From Simkaniaceae bacterium (lineage in GTDB: Bacteria > Chlamydiota > Chlamydiia > Chlamydiales > Simkaniaceae): a stretch of 57,711 nt of DNA. The position numbers and the translations under genes were made by a program. This document shows positions 9,525 to 20,068 of the stretch, piece by piece. The stretch spans positions 1 through 57,711 of the forward strand of contig JBFWSA010000011.1 in assembly GCA_050248615.1 (NCBI GenBank), in the 5' to 3' direction. The notes beneath the pieces were generated by a model. That model saw only the letters and a list, made by a program, of their open reading frames with translations. It searched no databases and was not told the origin of the DNA. Within the stretch, counting starts at the first letter, position 1; every line of letters begins with the position of its first letter.

Positions 9525-9601
9525 AGGGACATTCAAGAAAATTTTTCTTGATGCCCCAATAGCTTCAATCTGTTAGAATGCTCGGGTAAAAAGGTATTAA
9601 C

Positions 9602-11980
9602 ATGCGTGTCTCTTTATCCTGGCTAAAAGAGTATGTCAAAATCGACTTATCTAACGAAGAACTCTCCGATATTTTAACGTTAGCAGGGCTTGAAGTAGAT
9701 AAAGTAGAGCAGACCCCCTTTACTTTCACCAAGGTGATTGTGGGAGAGATCAAAGAGGTAAAACCCCACCCCAACGCTGAAAAATTGAAAGTCGCTCAAG
9801 TTTTTGATGGTACGGAAACCCTTCAGGTCGTCTGTGGAGACCCAACCTGCAGCGCGGGAACCAAAACAGCCTTTGCTCAGATAGGGGCAACACTCGAACT
9901 CGATGGAAAACCTTTGAAAATTAAACGGTCAAAGTTACGGGATGTGGAATCTTTTGGAATGCTCTGCAGCGAAAAAGAGCTCGGCCTTTCCGACTATGAC
10001 CAATCGATTATGCGCCTTAGCGACGCTGCTCCTCCTGGAACTGACCTCTCAGAACTTTTTGGGGACACCATCATCGAGGTCTCTCTTACACCGAATTTAG
10101 GACATTGCATGAGCATGGTGGGAATTGCAAGAGATTTAGCCGCCCTCTTAGATCAAAAAGTCTCCCTTCCCATCGTTCAACTTCACGAAGGAAAAGAAAA
10201 AATTCAGACCCAAGTAGAGATTAAAGATCCCCAAAATTGTTACCGTTATAGCTGCCGACGGATCCGGAATGTTAAAGTGGGGCCCTCCCCTGATTGGATG
10301 AAAAAACGGTTAGAAAATGCGGGAGTGCGTAGCATCAATAATGTTGTGGATGCCACCAACTATGTGATGTTAGAGCTTGGGCAACCCCTCCATGCTTTTG
10401 ATTATAGCAAGATTGGCGGTGGGAAAATTGTCGTCGCATCGACTGAAAAAGACATTCTTTTTGAAACCCTTGATGGCACTCAGCGCAAAATCCCCCCTGA
10501 AGTGCTGATGATCTATGATGGATCACGCCCTGTTGCGATTGCTGGTGTCATGGGAGGGGCAACTTCTGAAGTCCAAGAAAACACAACCGATATTTTATTA
10601 GAAGCAGCCCATTTTAACCCTTCCGCCGTGCGCAAAGGGAGCAAATTACTAGGAATGCGGAGTGAATCTTCTGCCCGCTTTGAGCGTGGCGTTGATCCTG
10701 CAAGGGTCACTCTAGCCTTAGATCGGGCAGCTTCCCTCATACAAGGGGAACACTTTCAAGGAAAGATTGATGTTGAAGGGAAGCCTATCAAACAGCGTAA
10801 GCTCAAACTCCGGATTGCCCGTGTGAACCAAATACTGGGAACCAAACTCAGTCAAAGTGAAATCGAAGCTTTTCTAAAGCGTTTAGAAATGGATCTAAAA
10901 CCAAGTGATGGGATAATCGAAGTTTTGATCCCGTCTTATCGCAATGACATCCACCATGAAATCGATCTCATTGAAGAGGTCGCTCGCATCTATGGGTATA
11001 ATCATATCAAAAAGCGGGAAGCACGTGTCGTGAACTCTCCCCTTCCCCATGCAGCGATCTATCTTCTAGAAAACCACATACGGAGGGAGCTGATAGGAAG
11101 GGGACTCCAGGAGTTTCTAACCTGCGATCTGATCAGCCCTGAACTATCAGAACTAGCCGTTGAAAAATCCCTGGGAGAAAAAGAAGAGATTCATGTCTTG
11201 CAACCCAGCTCTGTTGACCAATCAATCCTGCGCACCTCTCTATTACCTGGCATGTTACAAGCGGTGAAACATAACTTTGATAGACAAAATTTTGATCTCT
11301 CTACCTTTGAAATCGGGCGCGTCCACTTCAAAGATAAGGGAGGCTACCATGAACGGTCGACTGCAGCGATCTTATTAACTGGAAAAAAACGTCCCCACCA
11401 CTGGGGAGTTAAACCGGAAGAAGTGGACTTTTTTGATCTCAAAGGGATCGTGGAAAATATTCTTGAAGCTTTCTCTATTAAAGGGGCCTCTTTTGAACAC
11501 GGAAATCTCAAAAGCTTCCATCCTGGGAAACAAGCGATTTTGCATGTGGGCACCCTCCGTTTAGGAGTATTAGGAGAAGTCCATCCTGATCGCTTACGTC
11601 AACTAGACATTGAAGAACGCGTATTTTTTGCTCAGATTGACTTGCACGACCTTCAAGAAGTGAAAGGGGGCATTAAACAGATGACCTCGCTCCCCCAATT
11701 TCCTGGATCAGAACGGGACTGGACAATCACCTTGAAAAAAGACTTTCCTATTGCAAAAGTCTTTAAAGCCATCGATAGTATTCCCTCAAAACTCCTGAAA
11801 AAATGCTCTCTGCTCGATCTTTATGAGAGTGATAAACTCGGAGCGCAGCAGAAAAATGTCACCCTCCGTTTTCTCTATCGCAACGATGAGCAAACGATTG
11901 AACAGCCCCAAGTTGAAAAAGAACATGAGCGCCTCACTTCCACCATTACAAAAAAGATCGAGGAATTCATTTTAGGATAA
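9602..11980 (+). CDS. pheT: Phenylalanyl-tRNA synthetase beta subunit
   Basis: MRVSLSWLKEYV, HPNAEKL, SFGMLCSEKELG, DLIEEVARIYGY. Confidence 0.98.
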   Translation: MRVSLSWLKEYVKIDLSNEELSDILTLAGLEVDKVEQTPFTFTKVIVGEIKEVKPHPNAEKLKVAQVFDGTETLQVVCGDPTCSAGTKTAFAQIGATLELDGKPLKIKRSKLRDVESFGMLCSEKELGLSDYDQSIMRLSDAAPPGTDLSELFGDTIIEVSLTPNLGHCMSMVGIARDLAALLDQKVSLPIVQLHEGKEKIQTQVEIKDPQNCYRYSCRRIRNVKVGPSPDWMKKRLENAGVRSINNVVDATNYVMLELGQPLHAFDYSKIGGGKIVVASTEKDILFETLDGTQRKIPPEVLMIYDGSRPVAIAGVMGGATSEVQENTTDILLEAAHFNPSAVRKGSKLLGMRSESSARFERGVDPARVTLALDRAASLIQGEHFQGKIDVEGKPIKQRKLKLRIARVNQILGTKLSQSEIEAFLKRLEMDLKPSDGIIEVLIPSYRNDIHHEIDLIEEVARIYGYNHIKKREARVVNSPLPHAAIYLLENHIRRELIGRGLQEFLTCDLISPELSELAVEKSLGEKEEIHVLQPSSVDQSILRTSLLPGMLQAVKHNFDRQNFDLSTFEIGRVHFKDKGGYHERSTAAILLTGKKRPHHWGVKPEEVDFFDLKGIVENILEAFSIKGASFEHGNLKSFHPGKQAILHVGTLRLGVLGEVHPDRLRQLDIEERVFFAQIDLHDLQEVKGGIKQMTSLPQFPGSERDWTITLKKDFPIAKVFKAIDSIPSKLLKKCSLLDLYESDKLGAQQKNVTLRFLYRNDEQTIEQPQVEKEHERLTSTITKKIEEFILG

Positions 11981-12050
11981 ATGAAAATTGTTCGACTTTA
12001 TGGATAGACTCATGGTAGGATTAGGGAAAATGCGCAATTCGAGGTTTTAT

Positions 12051-13052
12051 ATGAAACGATCTTCGCTATTTCTCATCCCATTATGCGGCGTTCTTTTGGT
12101 AGGATGTCAAACCTCCAATAAAGATAAAAATGACAACGTGGTCTCCCAGCGTTATATTCACAAATATGGATATGATGTTTCTAAAGAAGAGTGGGAATCT
12201 ACTGGTTATCCCGGTCAAGTTGTCACAACGCTACGTAACGGGGTTACCCTCACTTCCTCTTATGAAAATGGCGTTTTACATGGTCCGACGACCTATACAT
12301 TTCCCCATTCGAATACTATCGAATCTTTAAATATTTTCGAGCGTGGCAACTTAGTGAAAAAAACTTCTTACGACATTCGTGGGATTCCTCAGAAAGAACA
12401 AATCTTCCTCTCTCCCTCGCATGTAAAAATCACCCGTTGGTATCAAAAAGGGACCCCTCTAAGTGTAGAAGAATACCACAATACAGAACTTCTTGAAGGG
12501 GAGTACTATAACGAACGCAACGAACCCGAGTATCGAGTCACTAAGGGATCGGGAACCCGTATCACCCGTGACCAACACGAACAAGTTGTTGCTAAAGAAC
12601 AGATTGCAAATGGTTACCCCATTCTTCGCGAAACCTTTCACCCTCATGGGATTCCCCATACAGTGATCCCTCTATCTGGAGGAAAGATCCATGGTGTAAA
12701 AAAGGTCTTTGCCCCTTCTGGAGAACCCATCTCGAGTGAGACTTATAAGCAAGATGTTCTTCATGGCCCTGCTACCTACTATCAAAACGGATGCCGCTAT
12801 TTAGAAGTTTCCTATAGTGATGGGCTGAAAGATGGCGTTGAGCGTCATTTTGTTGATGGTCAGACAGTCGTAGAAGAAACGGAGTGGGTAGACGGCCATA
12901 AGCATGGCACCTCTGTCGTTTTCTTTGACGGGATGTCCCGCACACGTTACTACTACAATAACCAGCCTGTGACAAAAGAGCGCTACCGCGAGCTTTGTGA
13001 ACAGGAAGAAAATATTGCGATTATGAATGATCGTGCACTCGGCAGAGATTAG
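12051..13052 (+). CDS. Lipoprotein with MORN-variant/YwqK-like repeats
   Basis: Start ATG 12051 (GAGG upstream); lipobox LVGC; repeated Y-x-N/D-G-x-L/K-H-G units. Confidence 0.8.
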   Translation: MKRSSLFLIPLCGVLLVGCQTSNKDKNDNVVSQRYIHKYGYDVSKEEWESTGYPGQVVTTLRNGVTLTSSYENGVLHGPTTYTFPHSNTIESLNIFERGNLVKKTSYDIRGIPQKEQIFLSPSHVKITRWYQKGTPLSVEEYHNTELLEGEYYNERNEPEYRVTKGSGTRITRDQHEQVVAKEQIANGYPILRETFHPHGIPHTVIPLSGGKIHGVKKVFAPSGEPISSETYKQDVLHGPATYYQNGCRYLEVSYSDGLKDGVERHFVDGQTVVEETEWVDGHKHGTSVVFFDGMSRTRYYYNNQPVTKERYRELCEQEENIAIMNDRALGRD

Positions 13053-13530
13053 TGATCCTTATAGCCCTGAGTTCTTTTGGAGGTCAGGGCCTTCTATTCT
13101 TACCACTTTTCAAGTACAAGATAACTCCATTAAGCGCATTACTTTGTCTCCCGCATCAACGTTTAGCTGCAAGATCCTAGGCTCAGGGCTAAAAGAGGAA
13201 ATTTTTGCCTGGTTAGAATGTTATCTTGAGGGAAAAGAAAGCCCTCCCCTCCCTTTAAATTTTTCCCCTTTCACCCCCTTTACCCAAGAAGGGCTTAAAG
13301 CGATCCAGAGGATTCCCTTTGGAGAAGTGACCACCTATGGAGAGCTCGCTCAAGAAATCGGCCATCCTAGAGGAGGGCGCGCCATTGGCAATGTTTGTAA
13401 CCGCAACCCCTTCCCCCTCATTATTCCTTGCCACCGCGTGATCGCAAGCGATGGCTCCTTAAGAGGCTTTGGCTATGGCCTAAAAATGAAGCAAGACATG
13501 CTTCAGTATGAATCTTCTCGCTCTCATTAA
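13027..13530 (+). CDS. ogt: Methylated-DNA--protein-cysteine methyltransferase
   Basis: IPFGEVTTYGELA...RAIG...NPFPLIIPCHRV active-site motif. Confidence 0.93.
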   Translation: MIVHSAEISDPYSPEFFWRSGPSILTTFQVQDNSIKRITLSPASTFSCKILGSGLKEEIFAWLECYLEGKESPPLPLNFSPFTPFTQEGLKAIQRIPFGEVTTYGELAQEIGHPRGGRAIGNVCNRNPFPLIIPCHRVIASDGSLRGFGYGLKMKQDMLQYESSRSH

Positions 13531-13599
13531 TGCAAATTCTGGATGAACTTTCTATTTTGGCACACTTTTAGCAAGTAAAGAAGTAGGAATGGAGGGAGT

Positions 13600-13773
13600 A
13601 TGGACCAGGATAAATTACTCAAGAAGATCGCTAAGCTCGAGTCCCTATGCGATCAATTGCAATCAGAAATGAACTATCTCGATCGATTACTCGTTGAAGT
13701 AGGATTTGAAGAGGGACTTAAGACATTAAAATCAGCAGCTTTAGAGCTTATTGAGAAGAAGAAACATCCTTAG
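13600..13773 (+). CDS. Small coiled-coil hypothetical protein (57 aa, below ORF-track cutoff)
   Basis: Strong RBS GGAGGGAG; MDQDKLLKKIAKLESLCDQLQSEMNYLDRLLVEVGFEEGLKTLKSAALELIEKKKHP*. Confidence 0.75.
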   Translation: MDQDKLLKKIAKLESLCDQLQSEMNYLDRLLVEVGFEEGLKTLKSAALELIEKKKHP

Positions 13774-14734
13774 AAGGGGTAAGACTCATTTTAGCTTTTT
13801 CTTCGAAGGGTAATTTTCGGAACGGCTTGGGATGCTCTTTGGGCTCAAAAATCCTCCGTCTAGGGGCCTGAACACAGGCGTCACAACAACACCCAAGTTT
13901 TTCTATTGCACAATCTAGGCAACTCAGAAACAACTCATTACAATCCATATTCGCACAATTATAGTAAACATCAACCTTGGTATGACACTGTTTGCATACA
14001 CTAATCGTTTCTCCTCCCTCTTCACTGCTAATCGGAACCACTAAGCGGTCATCGAAAACAAAAAGCTTACCTTTCCAGTGTTTATTCCCTTGTTCCAAAC
14101 CATACTTGATCACGCCCCCATCGAGTTGGTAAACCTCATCAAATCCTTGATCTTTAAGCAAACAGGAATAAAGCTCACAGCGGATTCCCCCTGTACAATA
14201 CATCATTACCCGGGTTTTTTTAGGATCCCGCGTCTTTCCTAAATCTTCTGCATATTGGGGAAATTCACGAAAAGTTTCAAAATCAGGCCTTTCTGTTCCC
14301 TCAAAATGGCCGACATCCCATTCATAGTGATTGCGTACATCCAGAATCAGGGTATTTTCATCCCGCTCCTCTAACATTTTTGCCCACTCTTCACTCGATA
14401 GGTGTTTCCCCCCTTGAGAGAGGTCATATTCCTTATCCATCGCCACAAGCTGCTTACGATACTTGATCGTCAGCTTAGCAAATACCTGCTCAGGATGGTG
14501 GTGCACTTTAATATCGGTCTCTTTAAAGCGGGAATCTTCTAAAAACCACTCATAAAAGCTTGAAGCATCGGCTTTTGCAATGCTCATCTGCGCGTTGATC
14601 CCCTCTTCATTGATATAGATCCGCCCCTTAGCGTCGAGCCCCCCTAAAAAGCGCTTCCATCGCTTGACTTCACGCTGAGGATCTTCGATAGAGGTGAAGA
14701 TATAAAAGGCTAAAACTAAATAGACATTTTCCAT
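13748..14734 (-). CDS. trhO: Rhodanese-domain tRNA uridine(34) hydroxylase (UPF0176)
   Basis: GRIYINEEGINAQ, LDVRNHYEWDVGHF, MYCTGGIRCE, WKGKLFVFDDR; start at MENVYL. Confidence 0.9.
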   Translation of the reverse strand: MENVYLVLAFYIFTSIEDPQREVKRWKRFLGGLDAKGRIYINEEGINAQMSIAKADASSFYEWFLEDSRFKETDIKVHHHPEQVFAKLTIKYRKQLVAMDKEYDLSQGGKHLSSEEWAKMLEERDENTLILDVRNHYEWDVGHFEGTERPDFETFREFPQYAEDLGKTRDPKKTRVMMYCTGGIRCELYSCLLKDQGFDEVYQLDGGVIKYGLEQGNKHWKGKLFVFDDRLVVPISSEEGGETISVCKQCHTKVDVYYNCANMDCNELFLSCLDCAIEKLGCCCDACVQAPRRRIFEPKEHPKPFRKLPFEEKAKMSLTPSKDVSSSQ

Positions 14735-14892
14735 GCAAGAAATACTAAGGCATTTGCAAAAAATACGCAAGAACTCCCCTAAAGCAATATTTAAACACCC
14801 TCTAAGAAGGTTTTTTAGAATTAAAGATATTTAAAAATTATTGACTTTAAATAATTTATAAAATAAATTGTTTCACTAAAAACAGAGTTTTT

Positions 14893-16347
14893 ATGGATCC
14901 TATAAGAGAAAATTTAAATTTTAACCTAGCGCAAACGGGATTTTTCCTGGCAGGTTCTCTCCTAGCAGGAACCAGCCGTTTTATCGCCTACTTTCCCCAG
15001 TCGACACCTGGAGGACTTCTTTGCTCTGGAGTGATTGGGAGTGGCTTTGCTCTGAGTACTCAATTCATAGCAAGTGAACAAGAATCCCCCATCGAAAGGT
15101 GGGCGCGGGTCACTTTAAGCTATTTTCTCGGATCTCTCCTCGTCTCTCCTCAAGCTTCAAAGCTTCTCGGGAGTCGCGTGACCATTACCTTAACGGATAC
15201 TTTCCGCTTCAGTATCATAGTGGCAGTGATTAACTCCATCATCCATGGCATGATTAGCCAGGTGAGTGATGAGCCTTCCCCTCCTCGAGAGGGGTATTAT
15301 GGCCCCCTTTTTGACAAGCTACAAGGAACCGAAAGAACATTCATTAGCTGGAAAGATGTCTCCCCCGAAGATCAAAGACGCTTGCAAACTCCTCTTGGAA
15401 ATTTCGCTTTGGGGTCTGGAATTAAAACCTGCATCGGCTTGTGGGATGATCGAAAGGTTGCGGATAACCTTCAAAAAGGGTTTCAACTCGAATCTTATCT
15501 CTGGAAGTTAGAAGAAAGTCGGTTAACAGCGCAAAAAGAGGGGACATCCTTTACCCTTGACCTTTCAGAGGTGCGTGTAGCCCATCACTCCTCACTCTCT
15601 TCTGAAGAGGTTCATGCCTATTTAAAACAGGAAGATATCCATGAGGTTGACAAACGTCATACACGGGGTGGCCATATTGCTATCCGAGGGCCCATTGCTT
15701 ACCAACACCAAATCGTGAAAGGGGAAAAGATTCAGCTCGTAGAGCTTCCCGCATTAAAAAGAAGTGAAATGATTTGGGCTTGCTGGCCTAATAAAGGACG
15801 ACAAAAAACAGCTTCCTCTCAAGATCTAGAAACCTACCGCAAAGAGCTCCTTGTCACATTAGAATTAATCCATAGTCTCATCGCAAATGAGGAAGTGATG
15901 TCCATCGTTGTCCCCAGAGCTTTCATGCCCCAGAGATATGAAGCAAAAGACTCTGTAGAAAACTTGAGCAAAGCTTCCCTCTATTATGCTTATAGAAAAG
16001 TTTTTATCGAAACGGTACATCAATTTGCAAATAGGAAGAAAAAACACTTTCTTATTCATGCCGTTCAAAAGAATGAGGCTCCCGTTATTCATGGATTAAA
16101 ACTGGGAGAACGTGACTACTGTTCGATCGCCCCTCTCGAAGCAGATGCCGCTATCACAGGAGAGAGGCTCGCTGAGCAAGGGTTTAAAGTGGTTCACCTT
16201 TGCACGGGAAATCAAGTAGGACATATTGGTAACGCAGCCCAATACAACAAAGGGGGATGTGCAAAAGATGAACGGGATGTACGGATTGCAATGGTCTCTT
16301 ATTTAGCCATTTTTTCAGGCATTGTGAATCCCCATCTTATCAACTAG
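14893..16347 (+). CDS. Hypothetical protein with N-terminal multi-pass hydrophobic region (Inc/effector-like) and soluble C-terminal domain
   Basis: 484 aa; hydrophobic segments within residues ~15-120. Confidence 0.7.
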   Translation: MDPIRENLNFNLAQTGFFLAGSLLAGTSRFIAYFPQSTPGGLLCSGVIGSGFALSTQFIASEQESPIERWARVTLSYFLGSLLVSPQASKLLGSRVTITLTDTFRFSIIVAVINSIIHGMISQVSDEPSPPREGYYGPLFDKLQGTERTFISWKDVSPEDQRRLQTPLGNFALGSGIKTCIGLWDDRKVADNLQKGFQLESYLWKLEESRLTAQKEGTSFTLDLSEVRVAHHSSLSSEEVHAYLKQEDIHEVDKRHTRGGHIAIRGPIAYQHQIVKGEKIQLVELPALKRSEMIWACWPNKGRQKTASSQDLETYRKELLVTLELIHSLIANEEVMSIVVPRAFMPQRYEAKDSVENLSKASLYYAYRKVFIETVHQFANRKKKHFLIHAVQKNEAPVIHGLKLGERDYCSIAPLEADAAITGERLAEQGFKVVHLCTGNQVGHIGNAAQYNKGGCAKDERDVRIAMVSYLAIFSGIVNPHLIN

Positions 16348-16808
16348 GCTAGTAAAGCTTCTCGTTGACAATGCGTTTCAGCCAGGCTCTTTTCAAGGTT
16401 TGCAATTTCTTGTTCGATTTGGGCCCGTTTACATTGAATCGTGGAAAGATTATTATACTCATTGTCAAAACTTTCTAAGCTTTGGTTTAAGAACTCTAAT
16501 CGATTTTTGAAATAATGAATTTTTTTTGTGAAAAATTCAAAATTCGTTTGAATACGGTTTTCAGGATTTAAAAATTTCAACCGTGCTTCGATCTGAAAAA
16601 GCTTTTCTTGCAAAGTCTTTTCCATCGGTGAATGACCCAATTGGGCCATACGTACTTTGAGTTGCACCACTTGCTCGCGATAGGACTTCCAAAGGTCTTC
16701 AGGTAAGAATTCTTTCGAAAGAATGTCTTTAGAGATCATTTCAGATTCAAAAGCGAGCGCCTTCCATTTTTTTTCTTGGCGTGGATATTGAAACTCTTTA
16801 ATGCGCAT
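16344..16808 (-). CDS. Hypothetical coiled-coil protein
   Basis: 154 aa, heptad-like L/E/K/Q pattern. Confidence 0.65.
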   Translation of the reverse strand: MRIKEFQYPRQEKKWKALAFESEMISKDILSKEFLPEDLWKSYREQVVQLKVRMAQLGHSPMEKTLQEKLFQIEARLKFLNPENRIQTNFEFFTKKIHYFKNRLEFLNQSLESFDNEYNNLSTIQCKRAQIEQEIANLEKSLAETHCQREALLA

Positions 16809-17011
16809 TTTTGTTCCCCTTAAGTCAATTTACGTAGCCCTCCCAGTCTTATTATAACTTATTTATACATAAAAATTTACATATTTTTTAACCCCCTAAT
16901 CTCCAAGCGCTTGAAAAAGGGGGTATGAGAGGGGGGTGGGGATTTCCTCTTGTGCTTAATTTCCTCTATGGATTAGGATAATAGGTCATTTAACTTAGGA
17001 GTTAATCAAGA

Positions 17012-17632
17012 ATGTCTCGATATACTGGTCCGAAAAACCGCATAGCTCGTCGATTTGGTGTGAATCTATTTGGACGTTTGCGCAATCCTCTGCTTCATAA
17101 ACCCAATCCTCCCGGAATGCATGGAGCTAAGCGCAAAAAGAAATCTGACTATGGAGCCCAGCTGGAAGAGAAACAAAAGCTCAAGGCTGTCTATGGGATG
17201 ATTCTTGATAAACAGATGCTCCGTTACTATCATGAAGCGATAAAAAAAGAAGGAAACACAGCCCATCTTCTTTTGCAGCGTTTAGAGTGCCGCCTTGATA
17301 ATATCGTTTACAAACTCAAATTTGCCTCGACCATCTTCCAAGCTCAACAACTTGTGTCTCATGGACACATTCTTGTCGATGGAAAAAAAGTCGATGTCCG
17401 CTCTTTTGAAGTGAAAGCAGGGATGACCATCTCGGTAAGAGAAAAGTCTCAAAAGTTAACTTGGCTGAAAGAAGCAGTAGAGAATAACGCACGTGTCGTT
17501 CCAGAATTTCTCTCTTTAGATGAGAAAAAGTTTTCTGGTCAGCTCCTCTCTATTCCTGAAGCCGATCAGATCGTCCTTCCTCTTCCGATCAATATCGCCC
17601 TTGTTTGTGAATTCTTAGCCCATACCCACTAA
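17012..17632 (+). CDS. rpsD: 30S ribosomal protein S4
   Basis: [44 protein letters not shown]. Confidence 0.98.
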   Translation: MSRYTGPKNRIARRFGVNLFGRLRNPLLHKPNPPGMHGAKRKKKSDYGAQLEEKQKLKAVYGMILDKQMLRYYHEAIKKEGNTAHLLLQRLECRLDNIVYKLKFASTIFQAQQLVSHGHILVDGKKVDVRSFEVKAGMTISVREKSQKLTWLKEAVENNARVVPEFLSLDEKKFSGQLLSIPEADQIVLPLPINIALVCEFLAHTH

Positions 17633-17633
17633 G

Positions 17634-18515
17634 ATGAATGGAGCTGAAGAGCTACTCGTTGGTGCCCACACCTCCACAGCTGGAGGTGTGCACAAAGCTC
17701 TTTTGCGCGGACAAGAAATCGGTGCGACAACCATCCAAATTTTTACCAGCAATCAAAAGCAGTGGTCAGGACGTCCCCTCTCGTCTGAAGAAATCGATAA
17801 GTGGAAAGAGGCTCTAGAAAGGACGGGGATCCAAAAAGTGATGAGCCACGATAGTTATCTCATCAATTTAGGATCCAATAAAGAAGAGAATCTCTTCAAG
17901 AGTCGCAAGGCCTTTAAAGAAGAGATTGAGCGGTGCCTAAGCTTAGATCTAGCCTACCTCAATTTCCATCCCGGAGCCACTACCGGTGACACAGAAGAAA
18001 ATTGTTTAAATCGCATTGTAGAGAGTCTCCTAGAGACACAGCCCCTTTTAGAAAAAGCCTCGCTCCGTCTTTTGATAGAAGCAACAGCTGGCCAAGGAAG
18101 CAATGTGGGTTACAAGTTTGAACACTTAGCTTACATCATTGATCGTGTTCAGAATCAGATTCCCATTGGAGTTTGCATCGATACTTGCCATATTTTTGCG
18201 GGGGGATACGACATCCGCGATGCAGCGAGCTGGAATACTACACTTGATGCATTTGAAAAAATCGTGGGACTGAACTATCTTTATGCTTTGCATGTTAACG
18301 ACTCGATGCATCCCCTAGGATCCCGCAAAGATCGTCATGCATCCCTAGGAAAAGGTGAAATCGGAGCAGAGTGTTTTCGCGTCCTCATGACGCACCCTAA
18401 ACTCCAAGCCCTTCCTAAATATTTAGAAACCCCAATTGAGACGATTTGGAAAGATGAAATCAGAATGCTTAGAGACTTCGCGTCAAAAAATCAAAACTGT
18501 TCTTCTTGCAGATGA
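17634..18515 (+). CDS. nfo: Endonuclease IV
   Basis: GAHTSTAGG, HDSYLINL, NFHPG, CIDTCH, HVNDS, DRHASLG, LETP. Confidence 0.97.
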   Translation: MNGAEELLVGAHTSTAGGVHKALLRGQEIGATTIQIFTSNQKQWSGRPLSSEEIDKWKEALERTGIQKVMSHDSYLINLGSNKEENLFKSRKAFKEEIERCLSLDLAYLNFHPGATTGDTEENCLNRIVESLLETQPLLEKASLRLLIEATAGQGSNVGYKFEHLAYIIDRVQNQIPIGVCIDTCHIFAGGYDIRDAASWNTTLDAFEKIVGLNYLYALHVNDSMHPLGSRKDRHASLGKGEIGAECFRVLMTHPKLQALPKYLETPIETIWKDEIRMLRDFASKNQNCSSCR

Positions 18516-19851
18516 GTCCATCATCGGCCAAAAGACCCTTATCTGTGGATGGATCCGCTCCGTTCGCGATCAAAAATCCTTTGCCTTCATCGAGTTGAAT
18601 GATGGCTCCTGCCTTTCAAACTTCCAAGTGATCGCCGATTCTTCTCAATTGGAAGGACTCTCGACGGGGGCAGCGATTGCAGTAACAGGTGAAATCGTCA
18701 AAAGCCCTGGGAATAAACAAAGTTATGAAATGCAAGCCAAAACCATCCGCCTGCTGGGAGCCTGCCCTAATGACTACCCGCTACAAAAAAAACGTCACTC
18801 TTTTGAGTTCCTCCGTTCAATTGCCCATTTACGCCCCCGTACCAACACGCAAGGGGCCGTTGCCCGCGTCCGCAACTGCCTAGCTTTTGCCACCCATCGT
18901 TTCTTCCAAGAACGGGGCTTTATCTACTTGCAGTCGCCGATCATCACTGGAAGTGATTGCGAAGGAGCGGGTGAGATGTTTCAAGTAACCACCCTGAATT
19001 TGGACAATCCTCCGAAAAATGGAGAACAAAAAATCGATTATAGCAAAGACTTCTTCTCGCAGCCTGCCTTCCTCACCGTTTCGGGGCAACTCAATGCCGA
19101 AGCCTATGCTACAGCTCTATCCGATGTCTATACTTTTGGCCCCACTTTTCGAGCAGAAAACTCCCATACCTCCCGTCATTTAGCCGAGTTTTGGATGATC
19201 GAACCCGAACTTGCTTTTGCCGATCTTCCGATCATTGCAGACTTAGCAGAAGATTATCTGAAATATCTCGTCCAGGCAGCTCTCGAAAACTGCGCAGAAG
19301 ATCTTGCCTTCTTTGATCAATTTATCGAAAAAGGATTGATTGAGCGCCTCACCCATGTACAAAACTCCCCCTTTGCTCGACTCACTTACACCGAAGCCAT
19401 TGAGATCTTAGAAAAGTGCGGACGCTCTTTTGAGTTTCCCGTTAAATGGGGAAATGATCTTCAGTCAGAACATGAACGTTTCCTCGCTGAAGAACATTGC
19501 AAATCTCCGATCATCCTCACCAACTACCCCAAAGAGATTAAAGCTTTCTATATGCGGGAAAATGATGATGGGAAAACCGTTGCGGCCCTCGATGTTTTAG
19601 TCCCTAAAGTTGGAGAGATTATTGGGGGAAGCCAAAGAGAAGAGCGCTACCCTATTCTGAAGTCTAAATTTGAAAAGCATGGCCTCAACTTAGAAACCTA
19701 TGCGTGGTATTTAGATCTTCGAAAATATGGGACCGTCCCCCACGGCGGCTTTGGACTCGGCTTCGAAAGACTCGTCCAATTCACAACAGGAATTGAAAAC
19801 ATCCGCGATGCCATCGCCTTCCCCCGTATCCCTGGAAACTGTGACTTCTAA
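18454..19851 (+). CDS. asnS: Asparaginyl-tRNA synthetase
   Basis: FIELNDGS, AHLRPRTN, LTVSGQL, FRAENSHTSRHLAEFWMIEPE, GFGLGFERL; exact start uncertain. Confidence 0.97.
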   Translation: MKSECLETSRQKIKTVLLADESIIGQKTLICGWIRSVRDQKSFAFIELNDGSCLSNFQVIADSSQLEGLSTGAAIAVTGEIVKSPGNKQSYEMQAKTIRLLGACPNDYPLQKKRHSFEFLRSIAHLRPRTNTQGAVARVRNCLAFATHRFFQERGFIYLQSPIITGSDCEGAGEMFQVTTLNLDNPPKNGEQKIDYSKDFFSQPAFLTVSGQLNAEAYATALSDVYTFGPTFRAENSHTSRHLAEFWMIEPELAFADLPIIADLAEDYLKYLVQAALENCAEDLAFFDQFIEKGLIERLTHVQNSPFARLTYTEAIEILEKCGRSFEFPVKWGNDLQSEHERFLAEEHCKSPIILTNYPKEIKAFYMRENDDGKTVAALDVLVPKVGEIIGGSQREERYPILKSKFEKHGLNLETYAWYLDLRKYGTVPHGGFGLGFERLVQFTTGIENIRDAIAFPRIPGNCDF

Positions 19852-19904
19852 AATGGAAGTATAGCTAAAGTGGAACCCTTTCCCCAGGTGCGCAAACCTG
19901 CCTA

Positions 19905-20068
19905 TATACTCAAATAAGTTCAAAAGTTGGATTTTCGGCTGCGCCAAAGCACCGTAATTTGCCGATCTTAAATGAACTCATGTTTCTAATATTAGGTCAT
20001 TTAAGATCGACACATTCCGAAAGCTTTCGCGCTAGCCCAAAACCAACTTTTGAAATTGTTTGAGTATA
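19905..20068. mobile_element. MITE family A, full length (164 bp)
   Basis: TIRs TATACTCAAATAAGTTCAAAAGTTGG...CCAACTTTTGAAATTGTTTGAGTATA; central hairpin GATCTTAAATGA...TCATTTAAGATC. Confidence 0.93.

Noticed and set aside
16889..16940. G/C-run hairpin upstream of rpsD as a ribosomal leader RNA
   Set aside because: It lies upstream of the probable promoter and matches no structure I can recognise
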